A DNA stretch of 43,478 nucleotides from Bacteroidales bacterium (GTDB taxonomy: Bacteria > Bacteroidota > Bacteroidia > Bacteroidales > UBA7960): positions 1 through 43,478 of the forward strand of contig SKVR01000052.1 in NCBI GenBank assembly GCA_007129355.1, written 5' to 3'. Every line of letters begins with the position of its first letter. Within the stretch, counting starts at the first letter, position 1. The notes under the pieces were generated by a model. The model was not told the origin of the DNA. It worked only from the letters and a program-made list of their open reading frames with translations, and made no database searches. The position numbers and the translations under genes were made by a program. Shown piece by piece: positions 1 to 9,379 of this stretch.

Positions 1-471
1 ATGACTGAAGTTTTATATGAAGCAGCCAAACATGATGGAACATCGGTAGTGGAAATACTTGAAAATTGTATCATCTTCAACGATAAAGCCTTTTCACCCG
101 TAACTTCCAGAGAAAAGCGCGAAGAAAACCAACTGATTCTCAGGCATGGCGAGCCCATGATTTACGGAAAAAATCAGGATATGGGTATTATTCTCAAAGG
201 CACTAGTCTTTATGCCGTGAAAATTGGCATTGGCGGTATTACAGAAAAGGACATACTTGTTCATGATCAGTTTAACCCGGATCCAGGTATTCACCGAATG
301 CTCGGTCGAATGATTGGCCCCGATTATCCTGTCGCTATGGGGGTAATTCGTTCGGCAAAATCTGCCACTTACGATGATATGGTGGAAGAACAAATAGATG
401 TGGCAAAAAAGTCATCCAATATCAAATGCGTTGATGACTTGCTTAATAGTGGCGATACCTGGGAAATTTAA
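1..471 (+). CDS. korB: 2-oxoglutarate:ferredoxin oxidoreductase beta subunit (KorB-type), C-terminal 156 aa; 5' end lies outside the window
   Basis: Open from base 1 to TAA at 469-471. The translated C-terminus (ILENCIIFNDKAF, LRHGEPMIYGKNQDMGIIL) matches my recollection of KorB / 2-oxoacid:ferredoxin oxidoreductase beta C-termini. A hairpin terminator follows. Confidence 0.7.
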   Translation: MTEVLYEAAKHDGTSVVEILENCIIFNDKAFSPVTSREKREENQLILRHGEPMIYGKNQDMGIILKGTSLYAVKIGIGGITEKDILVHDQFNPDPGIHRMLGRMIGPDYPVAMGVIRSAKSATYDDMVEEQIDVAKKSSNIKCVDDLLNSGDTWEI

Positions 472-497
472 TCAGGATTGAAACATAAAATCTGAAT

Positions 498-534
498 AAA
501 CCGGCCCGGACAGTTTTGCCGGGTCGGTTTTTTA
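498..534 (+). terminator. Rho-independent terminator after korB
   Basis: Stem CCGGCCCGG (501-509) pairs with CCGGGTCGG (519-527, one G-U). The loop is 9 nt, AAA/TTT extends the stem, and a T6 run follows at 528-533. Confidence 0.8.
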
Positions 535-552
535 TTACAGAATTATTCCCGG

Positions 553-1869
553 ATGGAAAGAACTTTTTACACTTTTTTTCTGAATAATAAACCCGGTTTA
601 TATTCTCATTTGCTGCACTGGGCAAAGGAAAACTATTCTTCCGTAGCTTTTCTGAATTCCAATCAGGCGGCAAATGATCCTTATTCATCAGGCTATGATG
701 CAATGCTGGCTGTAGGAGCCCAAAAGCAAATCTGTACTGATGACAATTCTCCTGCATTTTCTGAACTCAAAGATTTTTCCGACCAAAACCATGACTGGAT
801 TTTCGGCTTTCTTTCCTATGACCTTAAAAACCAGCTCGAGAATTTGAAATCAGAAAATGCCGATGGAATAGAAATGCCCCTGATGCATTTTTTTGTTCCC
901 GAAATTGTATTTTTATTTAAAGGGGATGAAGTTAATATGGGTATACTTAGCAATAATGAATATTTTGGCAGGCATAAAGAATTGTGGGGAATAGCTTCAA
1001 AGTTTTCATTCAAATCCGGTAATTCGCAGGTGGGAAAGATACGACACCGGGTAAGCAGGAAAGAATACATCCGGAACGTTGAAAAAATCAAAAATCATAT
1101 TCAGATAGGTGATATTTACGAAGCAAACTATTGTATTGAGTTTTTTAGTGAATCAGCAGAGATTGATCCTGTTGATGCCTACCTGAATTTAAATTTGCAC
1201 AATCCCGCACCTTTTTCATGTTTTTACAGAATAAACGAAAAATACCTCATTTCTTCATCACCTGAACGTTTTCTTGCCCGAAGAGATAAAAAACTAATAT
1301 CCCAGCCCATAAAAGGCACTATGAAGCGAGGTAAAACTGTAGAAGAAGATGAGATTCTGAAGAATAAATTATTCAAAGACCCCAAGGAGCGAAGTGAAAA
1401 TGTAATGATTGTCGACCTGGTAAGGAACGACCTTTCGCGTTCTGCTGAAAGAGGTTCAGTGAAGGTTGATGAACTTTTTGGCATATATACTTATCCGCGG
1501 GTACATCAGATGATATCAACGGTAACTTCAATTCTGAAAAATGAAATACATTTTGTAGACTCAATCCGGTTTGCATTTCCCATGGGCAGCATGACCGGTG
1601 CGCCTAAAATCAGGGCAATGGAACTGATTGAAGATTACGAAGCCACACGACGTGGATTATATTCAGGTGCTGTAGGTTATATTGAACCCGGAAAGGATTT
1701 TGATTTCAATGTAATTATCCGAAGCATTCTATATAACCATACTGACAAATTTCTTAGTTTTATGGCTGGGAGTGCCATCACTATTGATTCTGAACCGGAA
1801 AGAGAATATGATGAGTGCCTGCTCAAGGCCGGTTCAATGGCGCATATTGTGGATGCAAACCTTTATTAA
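553..1869 (+). CDS. pabB: aminodeoxychorismate synthase component I (chorismate-utilising enzyme family)
   Basis: 438-aa ORF with family motifs SSSPERFL, VRNDLSR, FPMGSMTGAPK and GLYSGAVGY. The PIKGT motif has Lys, as at E. coli PabB K274, where TrpE has Ala. Confidence 0.75.
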   Translation: MERTFYTFFLNNKPGLYSHLLHWAKENYSSVAFLNSNQAANDPYSSGYDAMLAVGAQKQICTDDNSPAFSELKDFSDQNHDWIFGFLSYDLKNQLENLKSENADGIEMPLMHFFVPEIVFLFKGDEVNMGILSNNEYFGRHKELWGIASKFSFKSGNSQVGKIRHRVSRKEYIRNVEKIKNHIQIGDIYEANYCIEFFSESAEIDPVDAYLNLNLHNPAPFSCFYRINEKYLISSSPERFLARRDKKLISQPIKGTMKRGKTVEEDEILKNKLFKDPKERSENVMIVDLVRNDLSRSAERGSVKVDELFGIYTYPRVHQMISTVTSILKNEIHFVDSIRFAFPMGSMTGAPKIRAMELIEDYEATRRGLYSGAVGYIEPGKDFDFNVIIRSILYNHTDKFLSFMAGSAITIDSEPEREYDECLLKAGSMAHIVDANLY

Positions 1870-2091
1870 AAAACCATGGTTAATGATATTTATTTCATCT
1901 CAGACGGTCGCAAAACAAAGTTAGTCTGAATACTTATCTGATTTCCCGCTAACTTTTTGCTTTATGGCAAAATTCCCAAAATTCCGTGAATAACATAGAC
2001 CTAAAAATGTTATATTGCTTACCTTACGGCACCAAAATCCAGCGTTGACAGTGGATTCGGATGTATAATAAAACTGAATTGAACTGAGTTT

Positions 2092-2949
2092 ATGGCGGTG
2101 CAGGTTGAAATTACCAGGAAAGAAGTACTTAAAGTTATTAGTGAGTTCAAAAAGAACTACAATTTTGACTTTGAGAACTATGCCGAATTATCCTTTAAAA
2201 GGCGGGTTGAATACCTGCTGGTTAGCCATAATCTTTCAGGAATTGAAGAATTACTTGCAAAAACATCTGCCGATGAATCCTATTTTCGGAAATGTGTCAA
2301 TGATATTACAGTTAATACCACAGAGCTTTTCAGGGATCCGGATGTTTGGCTGAACCTCCGGCATAACGTTTTCAATATCTTCAAAGACAAACCCAGGATA
2401 AATATATGGCATGCCGGTTGCTCAACCGGGGAAGAGGTTTACTCAACTCTTATAATTCTCAATGAACTGAACCTGCTGGAAAAAGTAAAAATATTCGGAA
2501 CCGATATTAACACCCATATTCTGCAGAAAGCCAAAGATGGCATTTTCACTAAAAGATATAACCCTGACTATTTTAATAATTTCGACAAGGTATTAAAGGA
2601 TAATTCGTCCCAAAATGGCAGCACCCCCGATATACTCTACAATAAATATTTTGAACAGGATGAAGTAACGAAATTATTCAGGGCCAGAAAATTTCTACAC
2701 GATAAGGTCACATTCAGGTATCATAACCTGGTTGACGGACCTGTTTTTTGTAAGTTTGACCTGATTTTTTGCCGTAATGTAATCATATATTTTAATACGG
2801 AACTTCAGAATAAGGTTGTGTCATTATTTCATGAAAGCCTTTTTAACCAAGGAATGCTGCTGGTTGGGGTACATGAAAATATCACCTATCTGCCTGTGGG
2901 AAGTAAGTTTGAATCGCGGATCATGAAAGGGCTTTATATTAAAAAATAA
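2092..2949 (+). CDS. cheR: CheR-type protein-glutamate O-methyltransferase (stand-alone)
   Basis: 285 aa. It has a CheR N-terminal helical region ending TELFRDPDVW and a SAM-binding core (INIWHAGCSTGEEVYS, GTDIN, IFCRNVIIYF). Confidence 0.8.
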   Translation: MAVQVEITRKEVLKVISEFKKNYNFDFENYAELSFKRRVEYLLVSHNLSGIEELLAKTSADESYFRKCVNDITVNTTELFRDPDVWLNLRHNVFNIFKDKPRINIWHAGCSTGEEVYSTLIILNELNLLEKVKIFGTDINTHILQKAKDGIFTKRYNPDYFNNFDKVLKDNSSQNGSTPDILYNKYFEQDEVTKLFRARKFLHDKVTFRYHNLVDGPVFCKFDLIFCRNVIIYFNTELQNKVVSLFHESLFNQGMLLVGVHENITYLPVGSKFESRIMKGLYIKK

Positions 2950-3027
2950 TAAAGGTTAAAAGCTGAAATGCCTGACAAATTGGTATTAAATTTGTTAAAA
3001 GATGAGTTCAGTTTATCCAAATATCCT

Positions 3028-3591
3028 ATGCAAAAGTTTTTTCTATTTACCAGTGTATTCTTATTGTTGATTCTGCCGTTTCTGGTCATTGCCGACGATG
3101 AAGAGAATGTGCGTGATTTGCCTGCACGCGAACGTATATTTGTGGGAGGGTATATCGGCTTGCAAATAGGTACCATTACAGCAATTGTTATTTCGCCAAC
3201 TGTTGCCTACCGTTTTACCAACCGATTTACAATGGGTGTAGGGGGGACCTATCAGTATTATCGCGACAGGGGTTGGGGTATAAGCCCTGAGTTTTCAACA
3301 TCAACTAATATAATAGGAGGCAATATATTTGCCCGTTATAGCATTACAAGGCAGTTTTTTGCTCAAACTGAATTCGAGGCTCTTAATCTTGATTCGCAAA
3401 TGGGCTTTAACACCGGCTCTCCTGCTGATGGTCGCTTTTGGGAGTATAATTATTTTGCCGGTGGCGGCTACAGGACACAAATAAGTCCAAGGGCCTACCT
3501 TAATCTCATAGTGCTTTACAATTTTAATTCCGAGAGTGTTGTGCATTATCAAAACCCTGTTATCCGCTTCGGGCTTGATGTAAGACTCTGA
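3028..3591 (+). CDS. small secreted beta-barrel-like protein (putative outer membrane), function unknown
   Basis: The ORF track starts at 2968. The internal ATG at 3028 gives a clean signal peptide (MQKFFLFTSVFLLLILPFLVIA/DDEE). Amphipathic strands alternate, with aromatic-rich Gly motifs (GVGGTYQYY, FAGGGYRT), and the end is RFGLDVRL. Confidence 0.6.
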   Translation: MQKFFLFTSVFLLLILPFLVIADDEENVRDLPARERIFVGGYIGLQIGTITAIVISPTVAYRFTNRFTMGVGGTYQYYRDRGWGISPEFSTSTNIIGGNIFARYSITRQFFAQTEFEALNLDSQMGFNTGSPADGRFWEYNYFAGGGYRTQISPRAYLNLIVLYNFNSESVVHYQNPVIRFGLDVRL

Positions 3592-3661
3592 CTGTTTCAC
3601 ATCTTTAACTTTCTCTTTTTTTGTGGTCTTACGCCTTTGTTCAAGGCCTTTTCTTTTTGTG

Positions 3662-3698
3662 CAGAGCCCTAAACTTTTGGGCTTTGAGCTTGTTTTGC
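3662..3698 (+). terminator. candidate terminator after the beta-barrel gene
   Basis: An 8-bp stem CAGAGCCC (3662-3669) / GGGCTTTG (3679-3686) includes one G-U. The loop is 9 nt and a T-rich tract follows. A weaker 5-bp hairpin sits at 3633-3647. Confidence 0.4.
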
Positions 3699-3763
3699 TT
3701 AAGAATCATTAAACCGAAATAGGAAAAATATAATCAAAATAAAACAACTCAAAACTATACTTT

Positions 3764-5407
3764 ATGAACAACGCACAATTCTTTTTTGATCGTCCGAAGA
3801 ACGAACCTGCTTATGCTTACACGGAGGGAACGCCCGAAAGAATTGGCCTGGAGAAGGAGCTGGAACGGCAAAGTAATACCCAGATTGAAATTCCGCTTAT
3901 TATAGGAGGAAAAGAGATAAAAACCGGTAATTTGGGTAAGGTTGTAAGTCCTCATAATCATCAGAATGTAATTGCAACGTACCATAAGGCTGGTGAAAAG
4001 GAAGTGCAGATGGCTATAGATGCTGCTCTTGATGCACATAAGCAATGGTCGGTAATGTCATGGGTAGAAAGGGTGTCAATCATTCTTAAGGCTGCCGAAC
4101 TCATAAGTAAAAAGCACAGGAATCTTATCAATGCCTCCACTATGGTGGGTCAGGGGAAAAACGCTTTTCAGGCTGAAATTGATGCTGTTTGTGAAACCAT
4201 TGATTTTATCCGTTTCAATGCACATTATGTTTCAGAAATTTATAATGACCAGCCACACAGCGAAATAGGAAACCTTAACCGTGTTGAATACAGGCCTCTT
4301 GAAGGATTTGTATTTGCAATAACACCTTTCAATTTTACAGCTATTGCTTCGAACCTTGCGCTGGCTCCTGCAATACTTGGAAATACGGTTGTATGGAAGC
4401 CCGCAACTACAGCTCTTTTGTCAAACTATTACCTCATGCAGATTTATAAAGAGGCAGGTATGCCTGATGGAGTTATTAATTTCATACCAGGACAGGGATC
4501 ACAAATAGGAAAAATTGTTCTGAATCATAAAGATCTTGCAGGAATTCATTTCACGGGCAGCAACGGCACTTTTAACCAGTTATGGAAAGGGATTGCAAAT
4601 AATCTTGAAAACTATCGTTCGTATCCTCGTATAGTTGGAGAAACCGGTGGCAAAGATTTTATTTTTGTACATCCATCTGCCCGCCTTGAAGAAGTTGCCA
4701 CTGCACTTGTGCGTGGTGCTTTTGAATTCCAGGGACAAAAATGTTCTGCTGCTTCCAGAGCTTATATCCCTGAATCCATGTGGCCTGAGCTAAGAAAGAA
4801 AATTGAAAGAAACATCAGGTTGATTAAAAAGGGCGACGTTAAAGATTTCTGCAATTTTGTAAATGCAGTTATTGACAGCAAAGCTTTTAAAAGCATAACC
4901 GGATATATTGATAAAGCTAAGGAATCTCCCGATGCCGAAATTGTAGCCGGTGGCACGTATGATGATTCTGTGGGTTATTTTATTGATCCTACCGTTATTC
5001 TCACTACAAACCCTCACTTCCTTACCATGGAGGAGGAAATTTTTGGTCCGGTTCTTACCATTTATGTTTATAAAGACGATGAGTTTGAGCAAACTCTCGA
5101 ACTATGCAATAACACTTCACCCTACGGTCTTACAGGATCTATTTTTTCACAGGACCGATATGCAACCGTTAAAGCTTGTCAGATTTTGCGTTATGCCGCA
5201 GGTAATTTCTATATGAATGACAAACCAACCGGTGCAGTCGTTGGGCAGCAGCCTTTCGGTGGATCTCGTCAGTCAGGTACCAATGATAAGGCTGGTAGTT
5301 ATTTGAATTTGCTGCGCTGGATTTCTCCCAGAACTATAAAAGAGACTTTCCTGCCACCAACAGACTTCCGTTATCCTTTTATGCAGGAGAAAAAATGCGG
5401 ATGCTGA
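3764..5407 (+). CDS. pruA: L-glutamate gamma-semialdehyde (1-pyrroline-5-carboxylate) dehydrogenase
   Basis: 547-aa aldehyde dehydrogenase with VVWKPA, the catalytic Glu region GETGGKD and the catalytic Cys region FEFQGQKCSAASR. Length and N-terminus are typical of single-domain PruA/RocA. Confidence 0.85.
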   Translation: MNNAQFFFDRPKNEPAYAYTEGTPERIGLEKELERQSNTQIEIPLIIGGKEIKTGNLGKVVSPHNHQNVIATYHKAGEKEVQMAIDAALDAHKQWSVMSWVERVSIILKAAELISKKHRNLINASTMVGQGKNAFQAEIDAVCETIDFIRFNAHYVSEIYNDQPHSEIGNLNRVEYRPLEGFVFAITPFNFTAIASNLALAPAILGNTVVWKPATTALLSNYYLMQIYKEAGMPDGVINFIPGQGSQIGKIVLNHKDLAGIHFTGSNGTFNQLWKGIANNLENYRSYPRIVGETGGKDFIFVHPSARLEEVATALVRGAFEFQGQKCSAASRAYIPESMWPELRKKIERNIRLIKKGDVKDFCNFVNAVIDSKAFKSITGYIDKAKESPDAEIVAGGTYDDSVGYFIDPTVILTTNPHFLTMEEEIFGPVLTIYVYKDDEFEQTLELCNNTSPYGLTGSIFSQDRYATVKACQILRYAAGNFYMNDKPTGAVVGQQPFGGSRQSGTNDKAGSYLNLLRWISPRTIKETFLPPTDFRYPFMQEKKCGC

Positions 5408-5440
5408 TTTTTATCTGGAATTGAATCCGCTTTCAATAAA

Positions 5441-5490
5441 AAGAAATGCCCCCGAAACTATTGCTTAGCTAAGTTTTCGGGGGCTTTTTC
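5441..5490. terminator. bidirectional Rho-independent terminator between convergent pruA and the TetR gene
   Basis: Stem GCCCCCGAAA (5448-5457) pairs with TTTCGGGGGC (5475-5484). An A-rich tract lies upstream and TTTTT downstream, so it can terminate both strands. Confidence 0.85.
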
Positions 5491-5509
5491 ATGTTAGTTT
5501 ACATGGCTT

Positions 5510-6118
5510 TCAGCACTCTTTCATGCATTTCAGTAATAAACCTGTAATGTGCTCTTTCCTTTCAACGATGAAATTATTGAAATCTTCTTCACTCATTTCA
5601 TTGCGATCTATAATCAATGGTCTTATAGCAAAGGGAAAAGTAATAAGACTTATCATATCAACAAAAAAGTGAGATGGGTCGGTGCGGCGGATGGTTCCGG
5701 CTTTCCCTTCATCTACAATTTGCTGACTGAATATTTCTGTGCCATAAAGATTACTGATAACCTTCATTTGGGTGATCTTTTCCTGGCTCCTGTGTATAAT
5801 GGCCATGAAAAATGGAACCAGCAGAGGGTTGGTTGTTAGCATGTCAATGTAAGCATCAACATATTTCCGGATTTTCTCTTCCAGACCCAAATCAGAATCA
5901 AGAATTTGAAGCAGGTCCTTTGTATTCTCTTTAACCAGATTGGTGAATATAGCATCAAAAAGATTTTCTTTGCTGCGGAAATAGTAATTCATCAAAGCCA
6001 GGTTGATACCGGCTTTGGATGCAATATCTCTAACGCTGGTGCGGTCTACTCCTTTTTCCATAAAAAGTTCTGTAGCAGCGTCAAAAATTTTTTGCTCAGT
6101 ATTTTTATTTTTAGCCAT
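5510..6118 (-). CDS. TetR/AcrR family transcriptional regulator
   Basis: 202 aa with an N-terminal TetR HTH (FMEKGVDRTSVRDIASKAGINLALMNYYFRSKENLF) and a helical C-terminal ligand domain. Confidence 0.9.
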   Translation of the reverse strand: MAKNKNTEQKIFDAATELFMEKGVDRTSVRDIASKAGINLALMNYYFRSKENLFDAIFTNLVKENTKDLLQILDSDLGLEEKIRKYVDAYIDMLTTNPLLVPFFMAIIHRSQEKITQMKVISNLYGTEIFSQQIVDEGKAGTIRRTDPSHFFVDMISLITFPFAIRPLIIDRNEMSEEDFNNFIVERKEHITGLLLKCMKEC

Positions 6119-6162
6119 AACGTGTGTTGTTATACGATTTAACTTGTGTTGGAATGATTACA

Positions 6163-6170
6163 CAAATGTA
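6163..6170 (-). promoter_or_regulatory. candidate Bacteroidota -7 box (TACATTTG) for the TetR gene
   Basis: The minus strand reads TACATTTG, matching the TAnnTTTG consensus, 45 nt upstream of the ATG at 6118. This is a single short motif in AT-rich DNA. Confidence 0.3.
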
Positions 6171-6383
6171 GAAAAAATATTGATTTAAACTAGATTTTAA
6201 ACAACTGCAAATAAGGAGTTTTAATCTTTATTTTGAAATATTTATTTCAGCTACTGTAAAATTTTCGGCAAAATTTGCAAAGGTCTCGTTTATGCCTGTT
6301 TTCATCGAAATTAATTACTTTTACCGTTTCCGAAATCAGATGCAGAGCCTGGTTTTTCTTTTTTCAGATTAAAATATCAATCC

Positions 6384-8111
6384 ATGTTAAAGTTGTTTCG
6401 AGCCAACTATCCTTTAGCCCTCGCGCTGTTTAGTGGTATTTTACTATCACTGAGCTGGCCGGCACGCGGTGTACCGCTTTTAATTTTTGTTGCTTTGGTT
6501 CCCTTGCTTTTGGCAGAAGATCACATTTTCAGGAACAGGGAAAAATATAATCGTTACAGTGTATTGCTTTTTTCATGGCTTGCATTTGCGGTTTTTAACG
6601 GTCTTACTACCTGGTGGATCGTTTTTGCATCTGTGCCCGGGGTTTTAATGGCAGTTTTTCTGAACTCCTTTTTCATGTCTATCCCTTTTGCCCTGATGCA
6701 TGCTGCCCGAAGAGTACTCCCGGGAAAGCAGGGTGCTTTATCAGTTTTGATCTTCTGGCTGAGTTTTGAGTTTCTTCACCTTGACTGGGACCTGAGCTGG
6801 AGCTGGCTAAACCTGGGTAATGCTTTTGCCACCCTTCCCATGTGGGTGCAATGGTATGAATATACAGGCACCCTGGGAGGTACCGCCTGGATCATTATTC
6901 TGAACCTCTGCTTTTTCTCCCTTTATAAAGCCTGGTCAACACCACTGCAGAAAATTACTGTTCAAAGAAGTTTGGATACCACCGAAGATACTGAAAAGCA
7001 ACGCCATGAAATCTATCTGAAAAATTTTGAGCAGTACCAGTTGGTTAAAAAAAGAGCGATAATGGGGCTTCTTACTTTTTTCTTTTTAATTACTCCCACT
7101 GCAATCTCACTTGTTATCTGGAACCGCTATGAAATGCCCGATGATCCTGTTGAAGTAGTTGTTGTTCAGCCAGGTCGTGATCCTTATCTGCGTCCCTCCT
7201 CAGAGGCTGAGGCCCGAAAATGGGTTGATGAGATTATTGCTTTGGCAGACTCTGAGATTACTTCTCAAACCAGATTCGTAGTTTTACCCGAGGCAGCACT
7301 TCCTGTAAATCTTTGGTTGCATAACAAGCATGCTCATTATGGTTATACCACTTTAAAAAGCCATGCCATGGCTCACGACTCGCTAACATGGGTTGCTGGT
7401 GCAATGATGTACAGATTGTATGAGCCCGGAGATGAGCTTTCCAAAACAGCCAGGAAGTTTGGCAACGATGAAGATCGTTATTTTGATGCTTACAACGCAG
7501 CGCTAATGATTGACTCCGATGAGAATTCTGATAATTACTTTAAATCAAAACTAGTTCCCGGTATCGAACGAATGCCTTTTGCACGTTATCTTGGTTTGAT
7601 CGGCAAGGCAGTAGAATATTTTGGTGGTACGGCAGGGAGTATGGGTGTTCAGGATTATAGAGGGGTGTTTACCGGTATTGACGGCACCAAAGTAGCTCCG
7701 GTCATCTGCTACGAATCCATATACGGTGAATATCTCAACGATTACATCAAAAGCGGAGCAGAACTGATTTTCGTTATAACCAACGATGGTTGGTGGAGAG
7801 ATACCCCCGGTTATAAGCAACATAATCAATATGCCCGTCTCCGGGCCATAGAAACCCGTAGAAGTATTGCCAGGGCTGCCAAAACAGGGATCTCAGGATT
7901 TGTAGATCCAAAGGGAGAATTCTATGAGCAAACTCCATGGTGGGAGCCGGCAGTTGTAAAACACGAAATTCACAAGAATACTGAGATGACTTTTTATGTA
8001 AAAAACGGGGATTACCTGGGCAGGCTCGCCATCTTTCTCATGATACTGCTGGTTCTTTACATGATTTCGCAAAGGATCATCAGGCGTAAAACGGGTGCAG
8101 GTAAATTATAA
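6384..8111 (+). CDS. lnt: apolipoprotein N-acyltransferase
   Basis: 575 aa. A polytopic N-terminal membrane region is followed by a CN-hydrolase domain with the catalytic triad context (VLPEAAL Glu, Lys, VICYESIYG Cys) and a C-terminal TM helix. Confidence 0.85.
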   Translation: MLKLFRANYPLALALFSGILLSLSWPARGVPLLIFVALVPLLLAEDHIFRNREKYNRYSVLLFSWLAFAVFNGLTTWWIVFASVPGVLMAVFLNSFFMSIPFALMHAARRVLPGKQGALSVLIFWLSFEFLHLDWDLSWSWLNLGNAFATLPMWVQWYEYTGTLGGTAWIIILNLCFFSLYKAWSTPLQKITVQRSLDTTEDTEKQRHEIYLKNFEQYQLVKKRAIMGLLTFFFLITPTAISLVIWNRYEMPDDPVEVVVVQPGRDPYLRPSSEAEARKWVDEIIALADSEITSQTRFVVLPEAALPVNLWLHNKHAHYGYTTLKSHAMAHDSLTWVAGAMMYRLYEPGDELSKTARKFGNDEDRYFDAYNAALMIDSDENSDNYFKSKLVPGIERMPFARYLGLIGKAVEYFGGTAGSMGVQDYRGVFTGIDGTKVAPVICYESIYGEYLNDYIKSGAELIFVITNDGWWRDTPGYKQHNQYARLRAIETRRSIARAAKTGISGFVDPKGEFYEQTPWWEPAVVKHEIHKNTEMTFYVKNGDYLGRLAIFLMILLVLYMISQRIIRRKTGAGKL

Positions 8112-8125
8112 CACCCGATTATGTA

Positions 8126-9145
8126 TTAATTCAGTTTCGGAAACTTCTCAAAAAATCCTCCTGTATTTTCTGCGGCTTCTTCAACTGTGTAGAACTTCCT
8201 ACCGAGTTCACTGCTGATTTTTTCATTAGAAAACTGATAACGACTATTGGCGCTGCGGGCAGTTTCTTTGGTTATCAAGGGGTTGCTCCCGGTAACCAGG
8301 CTCCTGAGTTTTTCAAGTCTCCATGCAATTTCGCTAAGTGTTCTTCCGGCCCTGAAAAACGGGGGTTTTACTTTGGCGTGCCGTGCAAATATTTCAAAAA
8401 GCTCTTTATAGCTAATATTTTCACTGTTCAGGATGTATCTTTCATCATTAATATCACTTTCTGTAAGTACCTGCATTGCTTTTGCCACATCACGGGCATC
8501 AACAAATCCGGTGGAACCGCTGCTGTAAAACCTCAGACCGTCTTTAACAGTGGTGAATAGCCGTGCACTGGAACGGTAAGGATCGCCAGGGCCAATGATT
8601 ACAGAAGGATTGACTATTACAACCTTCAGCCCTTCTTCCGAGCCACGCCAGACTTCCCTCTCAGCGCCAAATTTACTTATGGAGTAGTAGGAGTTTTTTC
8701 TTGAAGTTTTCCAGATGAGAGATTCATCAACCCAGGTGCCCCTGTCAGGGCGGCCTAAGGCGGAAATACTGCTGCAATGACACAACTTCTCCACGTTTTC
8801 CATCAAACAGGCATTAACCAGATTGGCAGTTCCGTCAATATTGATCTTCAGCATTTTGGGCCTTTCCGATGGAACAAAAGATACTACCGCTGCACAATGA
8901 TATACATGCTTTACTCCCTGCAATGCATCGCGCAAGCTAAAAATATCGGAAAGGTCCCCGTCAACCCATTCTATAAGTTTAAACTGATCCTGGTATCTTT
9001 CGGGATTATACCATTCAAAAATTTTTTCAGCTATATCAATACGGCTTCCCTTGCGTTTAAGAGCACGAACTTTTTTGCCTTCAATAGTGAGTTCGTATAA
9101 TAGATGTGAGCCAACCAGCCCTGTTCCTCCTGTTAATAGTATCAT
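8126..9145 (-). CDS. NAD-dependent epimerase/dehydratase family protein (extended SDR)
   Basis: 339 aa with the Rossmann motif LLTGGTGLVGSHL and the catalytic YSISK (YxxxK). Confidence 0.8.
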   Translation of the reverse strand: MILLTGGTGLVGSHLLYELTIEGKKVRALKRKGSRIDIAEKIFEWYNPERYQDQFKLIEWVDGDLSDIFSLRDALQGVKHVYHCAAVVSFVPSERPKMLKINIDGTANLVNACLMENVEKLCHCSSISALGRPDRGTWVDESLIWKTSRKNSYYSISKFGAEREVWRGSEEGLKVVIVNPSVIIGPGDPYRSSARLFTTVKDGLRFYSSGSTGFVDARDVAKAMQVLTESDINDERYILNSENISYKELFEIFARHAKVKPPFFRAGRTLSEIAWRLEKLRSLVTGSNPLITKETARSANSRYQFSNEKISSELGRKFYTVEEAAENTGGFFEKFPKLN

Positions 9146-9224
9146 AACACAAACCTAATGATTTTTTGGCAGTTTTGTTTCTCAAATAAACCTGAAAATG
9201 TGCAGTTTTTTGACTCATAGTATG

Positions 9225-9232
9225 TAATTTTG
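9225..9232 (+). promoter_or_regulatory. candidate -7 box (TAATTTTG) upstream of tyrS
   Basis: Matches TAnnTTTG about 150 nt upstream of the tyrS ATG, which implies a long leader. Only the motif supports it. Confidence 0.25.
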
Positions 9233-9379
9233 CACGTTTGGGCTTTTTATCATTAACCATGGCAGGTTGTTTTTTTTTGAACCATTTTTAAAAATCCTCC
9301 CTCCCGGAGTTTAGTTTAGAAGGAATCTAACTGACTGTCTTGAAATCCTTTTTATAATTTAATATACAAACAGAGAAAA

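Noticed and set aside
2045-2069. Sigma70-like TTGACA (2045-2050) and TATAAT (2064-2069) upstream of the CheR gene
   Set aside because: The spacer is only 13 nt rather than about 17. The lineage also appears to use TAnnTTTG-type promoters. The match is probably chance.
6184-6201. Pseudo-palindrome TTTAAACTAGATTTTAAA as a TetR operator in the TetR-lnt divergent region
   Set aside because: The symmetry is imperfect and made almost entirely of A/T in an AT-rich spacer. That is not distinguishable from chance without binding data.
9146-9379. T-box riboswitch in front of tyrS
   Set aside because: I could find no conserved T-box sequence, specifier loop or strong terminator/antiterminator pair, and T-boxes are not typical of Bacteroidota.
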